Shown: positions 17,403 through 25,042 of the stretch, piece after piece
Position numbering within the stretch: position 1 is the first letter of the stretch
Layout of the letters: each line of letters opens with the position of its first letter
Virus record (IMG/VR): IMGVR_UViG_3300027573_000022
Source of the DNA: an uncultured virus (IMG/VR IMGVR_UViG_3300027573_000022)
Taxonomy: Duplodnaviria; Heunggongvirae; Uroviricota; Caudoviricetes
Strand: one strand, 5' to 3'
Length of the DNA stretch: 36,966 bases
The notes under the pieces: model-generated
Database searches by the model: none
The model's input: only the letters and a program-made list of their open reading frames with translations
Told to the model about the DNA's origin: nothing
Program-made: the position numbers and the translations under genes

Positions 17403-18065
17403 GTGGCCGTCACCAGTCACTGCTACCAGACCATCCGGGCCAGCCGGATCCGGGTCGGTCGACTGACGACCGCCGGTCTTCCGCTCTCGGGCGCCGACAA
17501 CATGTACATCACGGACACCGTGATCAGCGTCAACTTCTCGACGGAGACGGAACCCGGCGACGAGTTCACGCAGAAGAACGGCAACGGCGACATCTGCGTC
17601 ACCGCGAAGTCGGCCGATCACATCAAGCGCGTCAACCTGTCGATGAACCTGTGCAACCTCGACGCCGAACTGCTCGAGATGCTCACGGGTGGAACGCTGA
17701 TCACCGACGGTGCGCAGACGATCGGCCTCAACAGCCCGCGCCCCTCGGACACCGCACCTACCGTGTCCCTCGAGCTGTGGAGCCTCGCGTGGAACAACGG
17801 AGCCCAGGCGGTGGGCAGCATCTCCGAGGCGCTCTACTTCCACTGGGTCTTCCCGAAGACGCAGTGGGTCATGGGCTCGATGACCCTGGAGAACGGAGTC
17901 GCCGTCATCCCGGTCACGGGAACGAGCGAAGAGTCGGCTGCACTCGGCAACGGCATCGCGAACGACCTACCCGCGGGCATCACCAACTGGGGACCGTTCG
18001 CCTTCTTCCTCGACGACGCTCTGCCCGCCTCGGTGTGCGGGTACCAGGCCGCACCCGCCCAGTAA
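17403..18065 (+). CDS. major tail (tube) protein
   Basis: RIRVGRL...DEFTQKNGNGDIC...KRVNLSMNLCNLDAELLEMLTG resembles actinophage tail tube proteins; strong SD. Confidence 0.75.
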   Translation: MAVTSHCYQTIRASRIRVGRLTTAGLPLSGADNMYITDTVISVNFSTETEPGDEFTQKNGNGDICVTAKSADHIKRVNLSMNLCNLDAELLEMLTGGTLITDGAQTIGLNSPRPSDTAPTVSLELWSLAWNNGAQAVGSISEALYFHWVFPKTQWVMGSMTLENGVAVIPVTGTSEESAALGNGIANDLPAGITNWGPFAFFLDDALPASVCGYQAAPAQ

Positions 18066-18080
18066 CGGAAGGGAGGGCAC

Positions 18081-19967
18081 GTGCCCTGGGAGGTCGCTTC
18101 AGACCGCGACGATTGCGACGGCTTCGCCGTCGTCGCCAAGGACGACGGCAGCGTCGTTGCCTGCCACGACGACGAGGAGTCCGCCGGCGCCCAGGTGCGT
18201 GCCCTCTACGCCAACACAGATGAGGAGTTCGCATCCAATCTCGACCGCCTACCCCGCGGGAGCTACCGGGGTGGCACCGCCGGTCGCGTTCGCCAGGCGA
18301 CCTCGACCGCCCGCTCCATCGGGGCGCGCGGCGGCGGTGCCACCCGCGGTGGCGGAGGTGGGCGCAAGCACCGCTTCACCGCCGAGGACTGGGCGTGGCT
18401 CGAGGAGATGGAGAAGATCACACTCACCCTCGCCGAGGCGGTCTTCCCCGTCGAAGAGTTCGCCCGACGAAACAGTGGGCAGGGTGGAGGCGGCGGCAAG
18501 GGCGGGTCGTGGGGAGGTAACTCACCGCACGGTGAGAAGAATCACGGCGGCATCAACACGCGCGACCTCATCTCGAACTGGGTAGCCAACGACGTCAAGG
18601 CTGTGACGAAGGCGACGGGTACCTCGACCATTCGCGCCGGGAAGCGCAGGCCTACCCGCTCCACGAGTGGACGGTCAGGCTTCGGTGTAGAGACCCTCCT
18701 CGAGGTCCTCGAGGACAACGCCCGGGACGGTGACCGTAACGCGCACCTGACCTACGAGGCCGTGAAGTGGGCGAGTGACGCACCGTGGGAGGCCTTCATC
18801 GACGAGGCCCGAAAGATGCAGGTACTCGCCGGCGACGTCACCGCCTCACCGACCCGCCGTGAGCAGGCCGACGTCATCCTCGCCGCGTACGGCACCGTAC
18901 TTGAGCTGGCCGCACCGTTCGTCGAGAGCAAGGTCGAACGGAAGGGCGGCAAGTTCGCACCCAAGGGTCAGGGCGGCGATGAGGCCAAGGCGATGCAGGA
19001 CAAGCAGGACGCCGAGAACGCAGCCGAGATGTCGCCCGAGGAAGCGATGATGAAGGCGGTCGCACCGCCCGAGACACCGCCCGCGTCACCCAGCGTCACA
19101 CCCGCGCAGGAGGCCAAGCTCGACGAGATCGTGCAGGGCTGGATGGCCGAGGTCATGAGCCCTCGTCCGGGTGATGATCCCGAGGCCATCAAGCTGGGTG
19201 CGCAGGCGGCGCAGTGGGCTGCGACCGCCGTGAAGATGGGCGGTCCGTTTCGCGACAAGGTAGCGAACGAGCGCGACAAGATGATGGCCGTCGTCAATGA
19301 CAAGGAGTCATCTGAGACGCAGCGCAGCACCGCCGCCCTCATCGCCGACGCGTATGAGGAGGTCATGCGTATCTCCGACGAGCACTACGGCGAGGACCCA
19401 AAGGAGGAGCTTGCCCTCGAGTTCGAGCAGGAGCGCGATGAAGATGGTCGCTTCGCCGGCGGAGGCGGAGGAGGAGGAGGAGGAGGAGGCGTCGACCTCG
19501 GCAAGCCGGTCAGCGACTACGTAGCCGAGCGCGACGCCGCCGGTGAGCGGGCGAACTCCGCAACCGCAACGAGTGGTGATCCCAAGGAGATGACCTCCGA
19601 GTCCATCCGCGCCGAACTCAGGGAGATCGGCAACGTGCGTGATGTGGGTGAACGAGGCGAGGCGCTTCAGAAGGAGAACCAACTTCGCGTCTCCGCCGCG
19701 AACGATGAGGTGGGTAAGCTGATGCCCAAGGGACAGACGTACACATCGGCGAGTACGAAGTTTCCGGTTGGGAAGATTCCCAAGCTCTCGAATGAGGGTC
19801 TCAAATCTCTTCACAGTTCGGCGAAGGGTATGTACAACCGTCACAACGTAGGACGTGCACAGGAGAACCAGGCACGTGCCCGGTTGGAAGCCGCCGAGAA
19901 GGAGATGACGTCGCGTGGCATGGAGCTTCCCGGGCGTGGCATGGTGAACATTCCTCAGGGTCACTAG
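18081..19967 (+). CDS. large modular head-associated protein
   Basis: N-terminal MPW...C..FAVVAK.DG...CH...A..Q..AL module as seen on phage head proteins; ERKGGKF and ERDEDGRF motifs; Gly-rich linkers; internal duplication. Confidence 0.6.
   Translation: MPWEVASDRDDCDGFAVVAKDDGSVVACHDDEESAGAQVRALYANTDEEFASNLDRLPRGSYRGGTAGRVRQATSTARSIGARGGGATRGGGGGRKHRFTAEDWAWLEEMEKITLTLAEAVFPVEEFARRNSGQGGGGGKGGSWGGNSPHGEKNHGGINTRDLISNWVANDVKAVTKATGTSTIRAGKRRPTRSTSGRSGFGVETLLEVLEDNARDGDRNAHLTYEAVKWASDAPWEAFIDEARKMQVLAGDVTASPTRREQADVILAAYGTVLELAAPFVESKVERKGGKFAPKGQGGDEAKAMQDKQDAENAAEMSPEEAMMKAVAPPETPPASPSVTPAQEAKLDEIVQGWMAEVMSPRPGDDPEAIKLGAQAAQWAATAVKMGGPFRDKVANERDKMMAVVNDKESSETQRSTAALIADAYEEVMRISDEHYGEDPKEELALEFEQERDEDGRFAGGGGGGGGGGGVDLGKPVSDYVAERDAAGERANSATATSGDPKEMTSESIRAELREIGNVRDVGERGEALQKENQLRVSAANDEVGKLMPKGQTYTSASTKFPVGKIPKLSNEGLKSLHSSAKGMYNRHNVGRAQENQARARLEAAEKEMTSRGMELPGRGMVNIPQGH
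19458..19490 (+). repeat. GGA/GGC triplet run encoding poly-Gly
   Basis: In-frame Gly x11 linker. Confidence 0.8.
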
Positions 19968-19970
19968 GAA

Positions 19971-20453
19971 GTGGCAACCTACGCGGAGCTGCTGCAGAAC
20001 CTGGTCGCCGCCGGTGAGGCCGCGCTGCTGCGTGACGGCATCGAACCACTCGAGGGAGTGCGCGGCTACCCGGTCGGCACGTTGCCGTGGGAGTGCCCGG
20101 GCCTCTTCGCCTGGGTGACGGCGGTCACGCCGCGGCAGCCGTTGACCTCGTCGCCGGTGCCGGGTGTCGGGAAGGGATGTACCACCGTCCCGGGTGTGAC
20201 GATGAACCTAACGATGCTGCGCTGCATCATCGAGACCTTTCCCGCGACGGACTACGAGCTCACCAGTCCCGAGGGACTGCGGACCGCGAACGACCTGCAG
20301 GCGTTGTCCCTCGAGCTGATCTTCCGGCAGGGTGCGGGCACACTCTTCCCGGGTGCAGACTGCGCGGCAGTCGCCATCACCCAGGTCAGTGTGCAGCGGC
20401 AGGGCGGCATGGTAGGTATCACGGCGACCGTGACCGTTTCGGGAACACCCTAG
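19971..20453 (+). CDS. putative tail completion/terminator or head-tail connector
   Basis: PWECPGLFAWV...LTMLRC...QGGMVG pattern; size and position near tail tube. Confidence 0.55.
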   Translation: MATYAELLQNLVAAGEAALLRDGIEPLEGVRGYPVGTLPWECPGLFAWVTAVTPRQPLTSSPVPGVGKGCTTVPGVTMNLTMLRCIIETFPATDYELTSPEGLRTANDLQALSLELIFRQGAGTLFPGADCAAVAITQVSVQRQGGMVGITATVTVSGTP

Positions 20454-20455
20454 GG

Positions 20456-20470
20456 GCTAGTGTACCTAGG
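20456..20470 (+). promoter_or_regulatory. -10 promoter candidate (leaderless)
   Basis: GC-TAGTGT-7 nt-GTG 20471; no SD. Confidence 0.45.
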
Positions 20471-21004
20471 GTGAGTGATAGCGGCGGCAGTGCGCAAGCT
20501 GAGCGCCTGGGTGGTGAGGTCGGGTGGGTGCTCACCATCATGAACGAGCGTGATCGTCGCTACGCCGATCGGTTTCTGGCCGAGCGTGAGCTGGTGACCG
20601 CGCTGATTACCGCCCTCACGAACGCGACCCAGGCCTCGGTCACGGCCCAGAAGGAGGCCGTCTCGAAGGCGGAGGCCGCCCAGGACCTGCGGCTCGAGGG
20701 TATGAACGAGTTCCGGGATCAGCTGCGGAGTCAGGCGGCGACGTTCATGACGAAGGATGAGGCCGACGCCCGGTTCACGGGCGTCGCCGATCGCATCGAG
20801 TCCATGACGAGCACACTCACCGGGAAGATCGAGACGAACACCGCTGCAATCACAGCCGGCCTTGCCTCACTCGAGAACAGGGTGAACCTGTCCACGGGTG
20901 CATCCACCGGACGGCGGGAGTTCTGGGGTTACATTCTCGGTGCGCTGGGCGGCGTCGCCATCATCATCTCCATCGTCGTCACCATCATCACGCTTACGAA
21001 CTGA
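20471..21004 (+). CDS. coiled-coil protein with C-terminal TM helix (possibly lysis-related)
   Basis: QKEAVSKAEAAQDLRLEGMNEFRDQL helix; terminal hydrophobic segment. Confidence 0.7.
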   Translation: MSDSGGSAQAERLGGEVGWVLTIMNERDRRYADRFLAERELVTALITALTNATQASVTAQKEAVSKAEAAQDLRLEGMNEFRDQLRSQAATFMTKDEADARFTGVADRIESMTSTLTGKIETNTAAITAGLASLENRVNLSTGASTGRREFWGYILGALGGVAIIISIVVTIITLTN

Positions 21005-21291
21005 TGAAGCTGTCGGCGGTCGCACTCGCGTTCGTCACGATCTTCGGCGCCGTCAACCGTGACACGGTGTGGACGGCCGTCACGCTTGCGGTCGCCACCC
21101 TCGTCGCGATCGCAACCGTGAAGACCGTCTCCAGGTGGGTGTTGCGGACGTTGCGTGATGATCTTCAGGAGGCCATCCGCGCCATCGTGCGTGACGAACT
21201 TAGTCGTCATCCTCCTGCAGCGGGCCCGCCACCTGCGCGACCTCCCACGGCCACGCACCCTCCGACCGCTCCAGAAGAGGGACGAGGGTGA
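21004..21291 (+). CDS. small membrane protein (holin-like candidate)
   Basis: TGATG coupling; two hydrophobic segments; 3' end overlaps the Ro gene by 92 bp. Confidence 0.5.
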   Translation: MKLSAVALAFVTIFGAVNRDTVWTAVTLAVATLVAIATVKTVSRWVLRTLRDDLQEAIRAIVRDELSRHPPAAGPPPARPPTATHPPTAPEEGRG

Positions 21292-22771
21292 AGCATGCAT
21301 CGGAGAAGCCACCGAACGTGTACCATCCGGGCCGCGGTTCACCGTGGCCCATCTTGTAGCCCGCGACGTTCCACGTGTACAGCCGCTTGACGTTCGGCAC
21401 GCCGTGTGCGTAGGCCGGGTGTGCCTGCTCATCGGTGATGATGACGACGCGGTCCTCGCCCTGGTAGGTCGCGGCCAGCGTCTGCCACGTGTGGGTGCCG
21501 CCTCCAACGAGACGCTTCAGTTCGTCGGTCATACGCAGCACCGACATGTGCGGGTCGACCAGGAGGCCGTGGTTGAGCATGTGCGCCTGCGTGTTGTAGG
21601 CGACCACCCGGGCACCCCACCGGCGGGCGAGGGACACGGCCAGCACGCCGGCGACGTCGGCCCGCTTTACGGTGGACCGCATCGAGATGGGGTCATCCAT
21701 CGAACCGGACACATCGAGCAGCACAAGGGTCGAGCCACCCGGCCCGTCCGGCACGTTGGTGAGGCTGAGGTCCAGTGCGTGCTCGAGTGCGGCGCTGAAG
21801 AGAAACGATTGCGTCGCACGGTGTGCACTGATGAAGCGGAACGGAAGCTGCCGTGCACGGGAGATGAGGACTGGGTCGGTGAGGCGAGTGTTCACGTCCG
21901 CGACCGTCGCCGGGCTGATGTGCGCCTCCTCGAAGTTGCGCAGGTTGCGTATCAGCGCCATGTAACCCATCTTGGGGATGAGGGCCTCCCACGCCTGGGC
22001 GTCCATGCCGCCCGGGAGCCAGCCGGCGACGCGCTCCCACGACCAGCCGCACTCGTTCACGGCCGCGTCGAGGTTCGCACGCCGCAGCTCGGTGGGCAGT
22101 GACTGCAGCTCACGGTCAAGCACGACGGTGCGAAGGTCCTGTGGGATCTGCGCGTCGGTGCCGTGCTGACGCTTGGAGATGAGGTACTTGAAGAGGAGCG
22201 ACTGCTCCGCATCACGCGGCTTCGCGTGGGAGAGCTCGATCACGTCACCCATGCGGAACTGCAGGCTGAGGCCGTCGTACTTGAGTGACGCCCACTGAGT
22301 GTACATGCGGGAGACAGCGTCGGCGACGCCGCGCTTCACGGGCTTGGGCACGTGCCGACCGTGAACGGCGTGCCAGTAGGCAAGCATTTCGCCCGGCTCG
22401 TCGGGACGTACGAGGACACCGCGCACGACGGACCGACCGTGAGGACCACCGGCCTTGACGTACTCGGCGGCCATCACCAGCGACGCGGAGCGCATGTTTG
22501 CGGCGGTGCGAAGCCACACAGCGAATGCGGCGACCCAGGCCGGGTCCTCCTTCGTCGCGGTGTGCACGAGCTCCACGTACCGCAGGTCACGCTTGCGGGC
22601 GGACTCGTAGAAGGTGTGCTCACCCACCATGTTGGTGACAGCGAGCAGGAACAGCTCGGACTTGGCGTCGCGGGAGTGGCCGATGCCACCCTCGTAGGTG
22701 TAACCCATCGGGCCGGACGGCGTGATGACACCGGCCGGCGGCTGCGGTTGAAGCTTCTGGAACTTGGTCAC
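21200..22771 (-). CDS. rsr: Ro60-related RNA-binding protein (TROVE + vWA domains)
   Basis: EGG...ELFLLAV...TFYE, NMRS, RPDE, KYD, MGYMALIRNLRNF, LPFRF; vWA MIDAS DVSGSM, GGGT, IITDEQ; SD GGAGG at 22778-22782. Confidence 0.93.
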   Translation of the reverse strand: MTKFQKLQPQPPAGVITPSGPMGYTYEGGIGHSRDAKSELFLLAVTNMVGEHTFYESARKRDLRYVELVHTATKEDPAWVAAFAVWLRTAANMRSASLVMAAEYVKAGGPHGRSVVRGVLVRPDEPGEMLAYWHAVHGRHVPKPVKRGVADAVSRMYTQWASLKYDGLSLQFRMGDVIELSHAKPRDAEQSLLFKYLISKRQHGTDAQIPQDLRTVVLDRELQSLPTELRRANLDAAVNECGWSWERVAGWLPGGMDAQAWEALIPKMGYMALIRNLRNFEEAHISPATVADVNTRLTDPVLISRARQLPFRFISAHRATQSFLFSAALEHALDLSLTNVPDGPGGSTLVLLDVSGSMDDPISMRSTVKRADVAGVLAVSLARRWGARVVAYNTQAHMLNHGLLVDPHMSVLRMTDELKRLVGGGTHTWQTLAATYQGEDRVVIITDEQAHPAYAHGVPNVKRLYTWNVAGYKMGHGEPRPGWYTFGGFSDACFTLVPLLERSEGAWPWEVAQVAGPLQEDDD

Positions 22772-22810
22772 TTCGCACCTCCTGTGCGGTCATTGCATTG
22801 GGAGAGAATG

Positions 22811-22916
22811 AGTGTGGTGAGGACTGGGCGGAGCGGGACACTGAATCCTCAGGTCATTAACCTGTCGGGCTCTGCAATGGTGAGAGAAGTAACCCGCACC
22901 TACGCACCACCACACT
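22811..22916 (-). ncRNA. Y RNA-like Y5 (106 nt, no tRNA-like domain)
   Basis: 9-bp closing stem AGTGTGGTG/CACCACACT; GGTGCGTAGGTGCGGGTTACTTC ... CCCGC..CCCAGTCCTC; internal hairpin CAGGT-TAATG-ACCTG. Confidence 0.8.
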
Positions 22917-22925
22917 GTGAAGAGA

Positions 22926-23065
22926 GCGTCGAGAACTGAGGCGCGGCGGGACTTTCAAACTGTTGCTCTCCCTCTGAGCTACCACCCGACCTAGGCCGGG
23001 TGAGCGGGACTCGAACCCGCGACCTACAGTGCCTGTAGAAGTAACCCACCACAACGCACCGACGC
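22926..23065 (-). ncRNA. yrlA: YrlA-type Y RNA Y4 (140 nt, permuted tRNA mimic)
   Basis: Closing stem GCGTCG/CGACGC; AGGTC + T-arm GCGGG-TTCGAGT-CCCGC, loop-closed acceptor stem CACCCGG..TCGGGTG, then D-arm TAGCTCAGAGGGAGAGC. Confidence 0.9.
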
Positions 23066-23077
23066 ACGTATGGGGAA

Positions 23078-23210
23078 GCATCGAGGACTGGGCGACGCGG
23101 GAACACTAGGCGCTCTGCCAAGAGCTTTCCACACCTTTCGGTGGGCGCGAGACTCGAACTCGCCCTCCCTGATTAGCATTCAGAAGGAACCCGCACCTAC
23201 GCACCGATGC
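23078..23210 (-). ncRNA. yrlA: YrlA-type Y RNA Y3 (133 nt, permuted tRNA mimic)
   Basis: Closing stem GCATCG/CGATGC; T-arm GCGAG-TTCGAGT-CTCGC, CACC-GAAA-GGTG, D-arm GCTCT-TGGC-AGAGC. Confidence 0.88.
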
Positions 23211-23221
23211 CTCTTTAGGTG

Positions 23222-23296
23222 GTCCACGTGAGAACTGGGTCAGCCCGGGGTTTACATTCCCAATGAAGTATCCCAGGCGTTACGCACCACGTGGAC
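23222..23296 (-). ncRNA. minimal Y RNA-like Y2 (75 nt)
   Basis: 9-bp closing stem GTCCACGTG/CACGTGGAC; GGTGCGTA..GGGATACTTC..CCC..CCCAGTTCTC; no tRNA arms. Confidence 0.8.
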
Positions 23297-23303
23297 GCGA
23301 TTG

Positions 23304-23434
23304 GGTTCAGGCCGAGAACATGCGGGGCAGGGTAGGCTGCGAACAGCCGTGCCACGCCGTGTGGCCGATGAATCGGAGTCGAACCGAGTCTGTGTGAACA
23401 GAAGTAACCTGCATCCATCACACCGGCCTGAACC
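23304..23434 (-). ncRNA. Y RNA-like Y1 (131 nt, degenerate tRNA-like domain)
   Basis: 11-bp closing stem GGTTCAGGCCG/CGGCCTGAACC; GGTTACTTC; T-arm TCGG-TTCGACT-CCGA; hairpins GCCAC..GTGGC and GGCTG-TTCG-CAGCC. Confidence 0.82.
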
Positions 23435-23438
23435 TTAG

Positions 23439-23451
23439 GTTGTCAAAGATC
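23439..23451 (-). promoter_or_regulatory. boxA-like antitermination element
   Basis: GATCTTTGACAAC resembles rrn boxA (GYTCTTT[AG]ANAA), 4 nt upstream of the first Y RNA. Confidence 0.65.
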
Positions 23452-23453
23452 GT

Positions 23454-23549
23454 CGGGAGTGCGGGCAGGAAGCCAAGACCACCCGCACTCCCGGACTCGC
23501 ACCGGCCGGACTGGCCGGTCGCGATTCCCGTGATACGCACGATATCACG
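23454..23549 (-). promoter_or_regulatory. leader hairpins and candidate extended -10 promoter of the Y RNA-Ro operon
   Basis: 12-bp perfect stem 23454-65/23482-93; stem 23501-23519; IR CGTGATA-N7-TATCACG at 23529-49 containing TGA-TATCGT on minus. Confidence 0.55.
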
Positions 23550-23756
23550 TTACACCTGGGGGCTATCCTCATTATTGAAGATCCCTACACGACCTGCATC
23601 TTGGGGGTCCGGCCCCAGGTACTCGAGGAAGATGATGACCGCACCGCGCGCCTGCGTAGGAGAGAGCCGGTCACGGAAGGCCTTCGCATCGTTGATGCGA
23701 TCGAACCCGCCGCGCTCCTGGGTCGTACCCCGGTCGCGCCACCGCACGGTCCACAT
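23550..23756 (-). CDS. hypothetical protein
   Basis: MWTVRWRDRG... after AAGGTG. Confidence 0.55.
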   Translation of the reverse strand: MWTVRWRDRGTTQERGGFDRINDAKAFRDRLSPTQARGAVIIFLEYLGPDPQDAGRVGIFNNEDSPQV

Positions 23757-23757
23757 C

Positions 23758-24156
23758 TTACACCTTCTTCCAGTCGGGCTCGTCCTCGTCCAGCTTGAAG
23801 GTCCCGACGAGGTTGCCGTGATCCCACACCGTGAGGGTGTCGGGACCGATCGCGTACCCGTACTCCTGGCTGAACTGATCCTGCACACCCAAGTCGCGGC
23901 CGTCGTCGTAGGCGCCGCCGTACCCATCGACGCAGAGGAGGCCATCACGTTCGGGTCCCTTACCCGTGTCGGCCTGCAGGTACGACCACCCACCCTGGTA
24001 GGAGCAGATGAGGTCGGCGGCTGCGGTGGCGCCGTCCCGCTTGATGATCCTCCACAGCTCGGGTCCCATCGAGTCGGGATGTCCGTCAAAGTGCACGTAC
24101 CGACCGGCAAGGTCGCCCTCACCGATGAGGCGTCCTACGACGCTGCGGGTGCTCAC
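23758..24156 (-). CDS. conserved phage hypothetical protein (STR...Y-x-H-x-DG-x-P family)
   Basis: STRSVVG...RYVHFDGHPDSMG...QEYGY; GTGA coupling. Confidence 0.75.
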   Translation of the reverse strand: MSTRSVVGRLIGEGDLAGRYVHFDGHPDSMGPELWRIIKRDGATAAADLICSYQGGWSYLQADTGKGPERDGLLCVDGYGGAYDDGRDLGVQDQFSQEYGYAIGPDTLTVWDHGNLVGTFKLDEDEPDWKKV

Positions 24157-24509
24157 TGCACGCCGCCGGCGGTGACGCGGGCGACGGCCGCGATCGCCCG
24201 CAGCTCGGTCGCGGTCGAGGCGAAGTGAAAGCCACTCCGCAGTGCGGAGGCCCAGGCGACCGCGCGCTCGAAGGTGCGGGCCCAACGGACCTCAATGACG
24301 GCAGGTTCCTCACCCGACACGTCCTCATCGAGGAGGCCGCGTGCGGCCAGAGCGAGGACGAACTGCTTCGTCGGGTCACCACCCTGACGCACCAGGACGT
24401 CGGCCTGCTCGGCCGCGACGTCACACAGGACCGCGAGGTCTTGCAGGGCGAGGGTGTGGGTTGGCCGTCCGGTGACGGGGCTGAAGAGTTCGGTCTGGGT
24501 CTGGGGCAT
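24153..24509 (-). CDS. hypothetical protein
   Basis: MPQTQTEL after GGAG. Confidence 0.6.
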   Translation of the reverse strand: MPQTQTELFSPVTGRPTHTLALQDLAVLCDVAAEQADVLVRQGGDPTKQFVLALAARGLLDEDVSGEEPAVIEVRWARTFERAVAWASALRSGFHFASTATELRAIAAVARVTAGGVQ

Positions 24510-24513
24510 CACT

Positions 24514-24765
24514 TCACTCCTCGTTCTTGAACATTCCAACGATGCGGTTCGAGCAGAACGCCCGGGGGCGTTCGAGCACTTCCTTGAGGTCCTCCCACGT
24601 GAGGACGATGGTCGTGTCCTCACGGTCGAAGAAGGCCTCGTCCTCGGGGGTCGGGTCGGCGTTCATGGCCTCATCCTTGGCCTCGTCGTAGGTCATCATG
24701 CACCCACGTTCGTCGAGGAGGCGCTTGACCTCCTCGTGGGCCTGGGCCTCGCGCTCGGGCGTCAT
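24514..24765 (-). CDS. acidic hypothetical protein
   Basis: ATGA coupling. Confidence 0.65.
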   Translation of the reverse strand: MTPEREAQAHEEVKRLLDERGCMMTYDEAKDEAMNADPTPEDEAFFDREDTTIVLTWEDLKEVLERPRAFCSNRIVGMFKNEE

Positions 24766-24959
24766 GACTCTTGCTCCGCGCGCATGTCGATGAAGAGGCT
24801 GAGGAACCGCGACGCCAGGCGTGCGGTGTCATCATCCCACCGATCCTCGAGGGAATCCTCCAGGCGTTGGGCGGTGTGATCGAGCCGGCGGACGTAGGTC
24901 CACAGGTCCTCGCCCGGCCGTTGGGCCAGGTCGTGTTCGGTGATCTGAGTGGTTCCCAT
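24762..24959 (-). CDS. hypothetical protein, first gene of leaderless cassette P4
   Basis: ATG 6 nt after TATAAT. Confidence 0.75.
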   Translation of the reverse strand: MGTTQITEHDLAQRPGEDLWTYVRRLDHTAQRLEDSLEDRWDDDTARLASRFLSLFIDMRAEQES

Positions 24960-24994
24960 ATGTACATTATATCAAGTTGACTGGCGATGTCAAC
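24960..24994 (-). promoter_or_regulatory. repeated sigma70-type promoter P4 (leaderless)
   Basis: G-TTGACA-TCGCCAGTCAACTTGA-TATAAT-GTACAT-ATG. Confidence 0.9.
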
Positions 24995-25026
24995 CGATTC
25001 TGGGAGGAATCTGGGAACATTTCCCG

Positions 25027-25042
25027 TGGTACCGTCCGGCTC
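25027..25042 (+). promoter_or_regulatory. extended -10 promoter candidate (leaderless)
   Basis: TGG-TACCGT-CCGGCTC-GTG 25043. Confidence 0.55.

Noticed and set aside
19458..19490. Phase-variable microsatellite
   Set aside because: Triplet unit in frame encoding a Gly linker; slippage would not switch expression.
22926..23210. Ordinary tRNA genes
   Set aside because: T-arm precedes D-arm, the acceptor stem is closed by a loop, and there is no CCA end.
22857..23421. Short ORFs across the Y RNA array (22857-23081, 22900-23121, 23215-23421)
   Set aside because: No protein-like features; RNA structure explains the sequence.
22811..23434. CRISPR array or simple tandem repeat
   Set aside because: Units vary from 75 to 140 nt, the conserved parts are split 5' and 3' motifs that base-pair, and no cas genes are present.
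23441..23446. TTGACA as a sixth -35 element
   Set aside because: No -10 at the proper distance and it lies just 6 nt before Y1; better read as part of the boxA-like motif.
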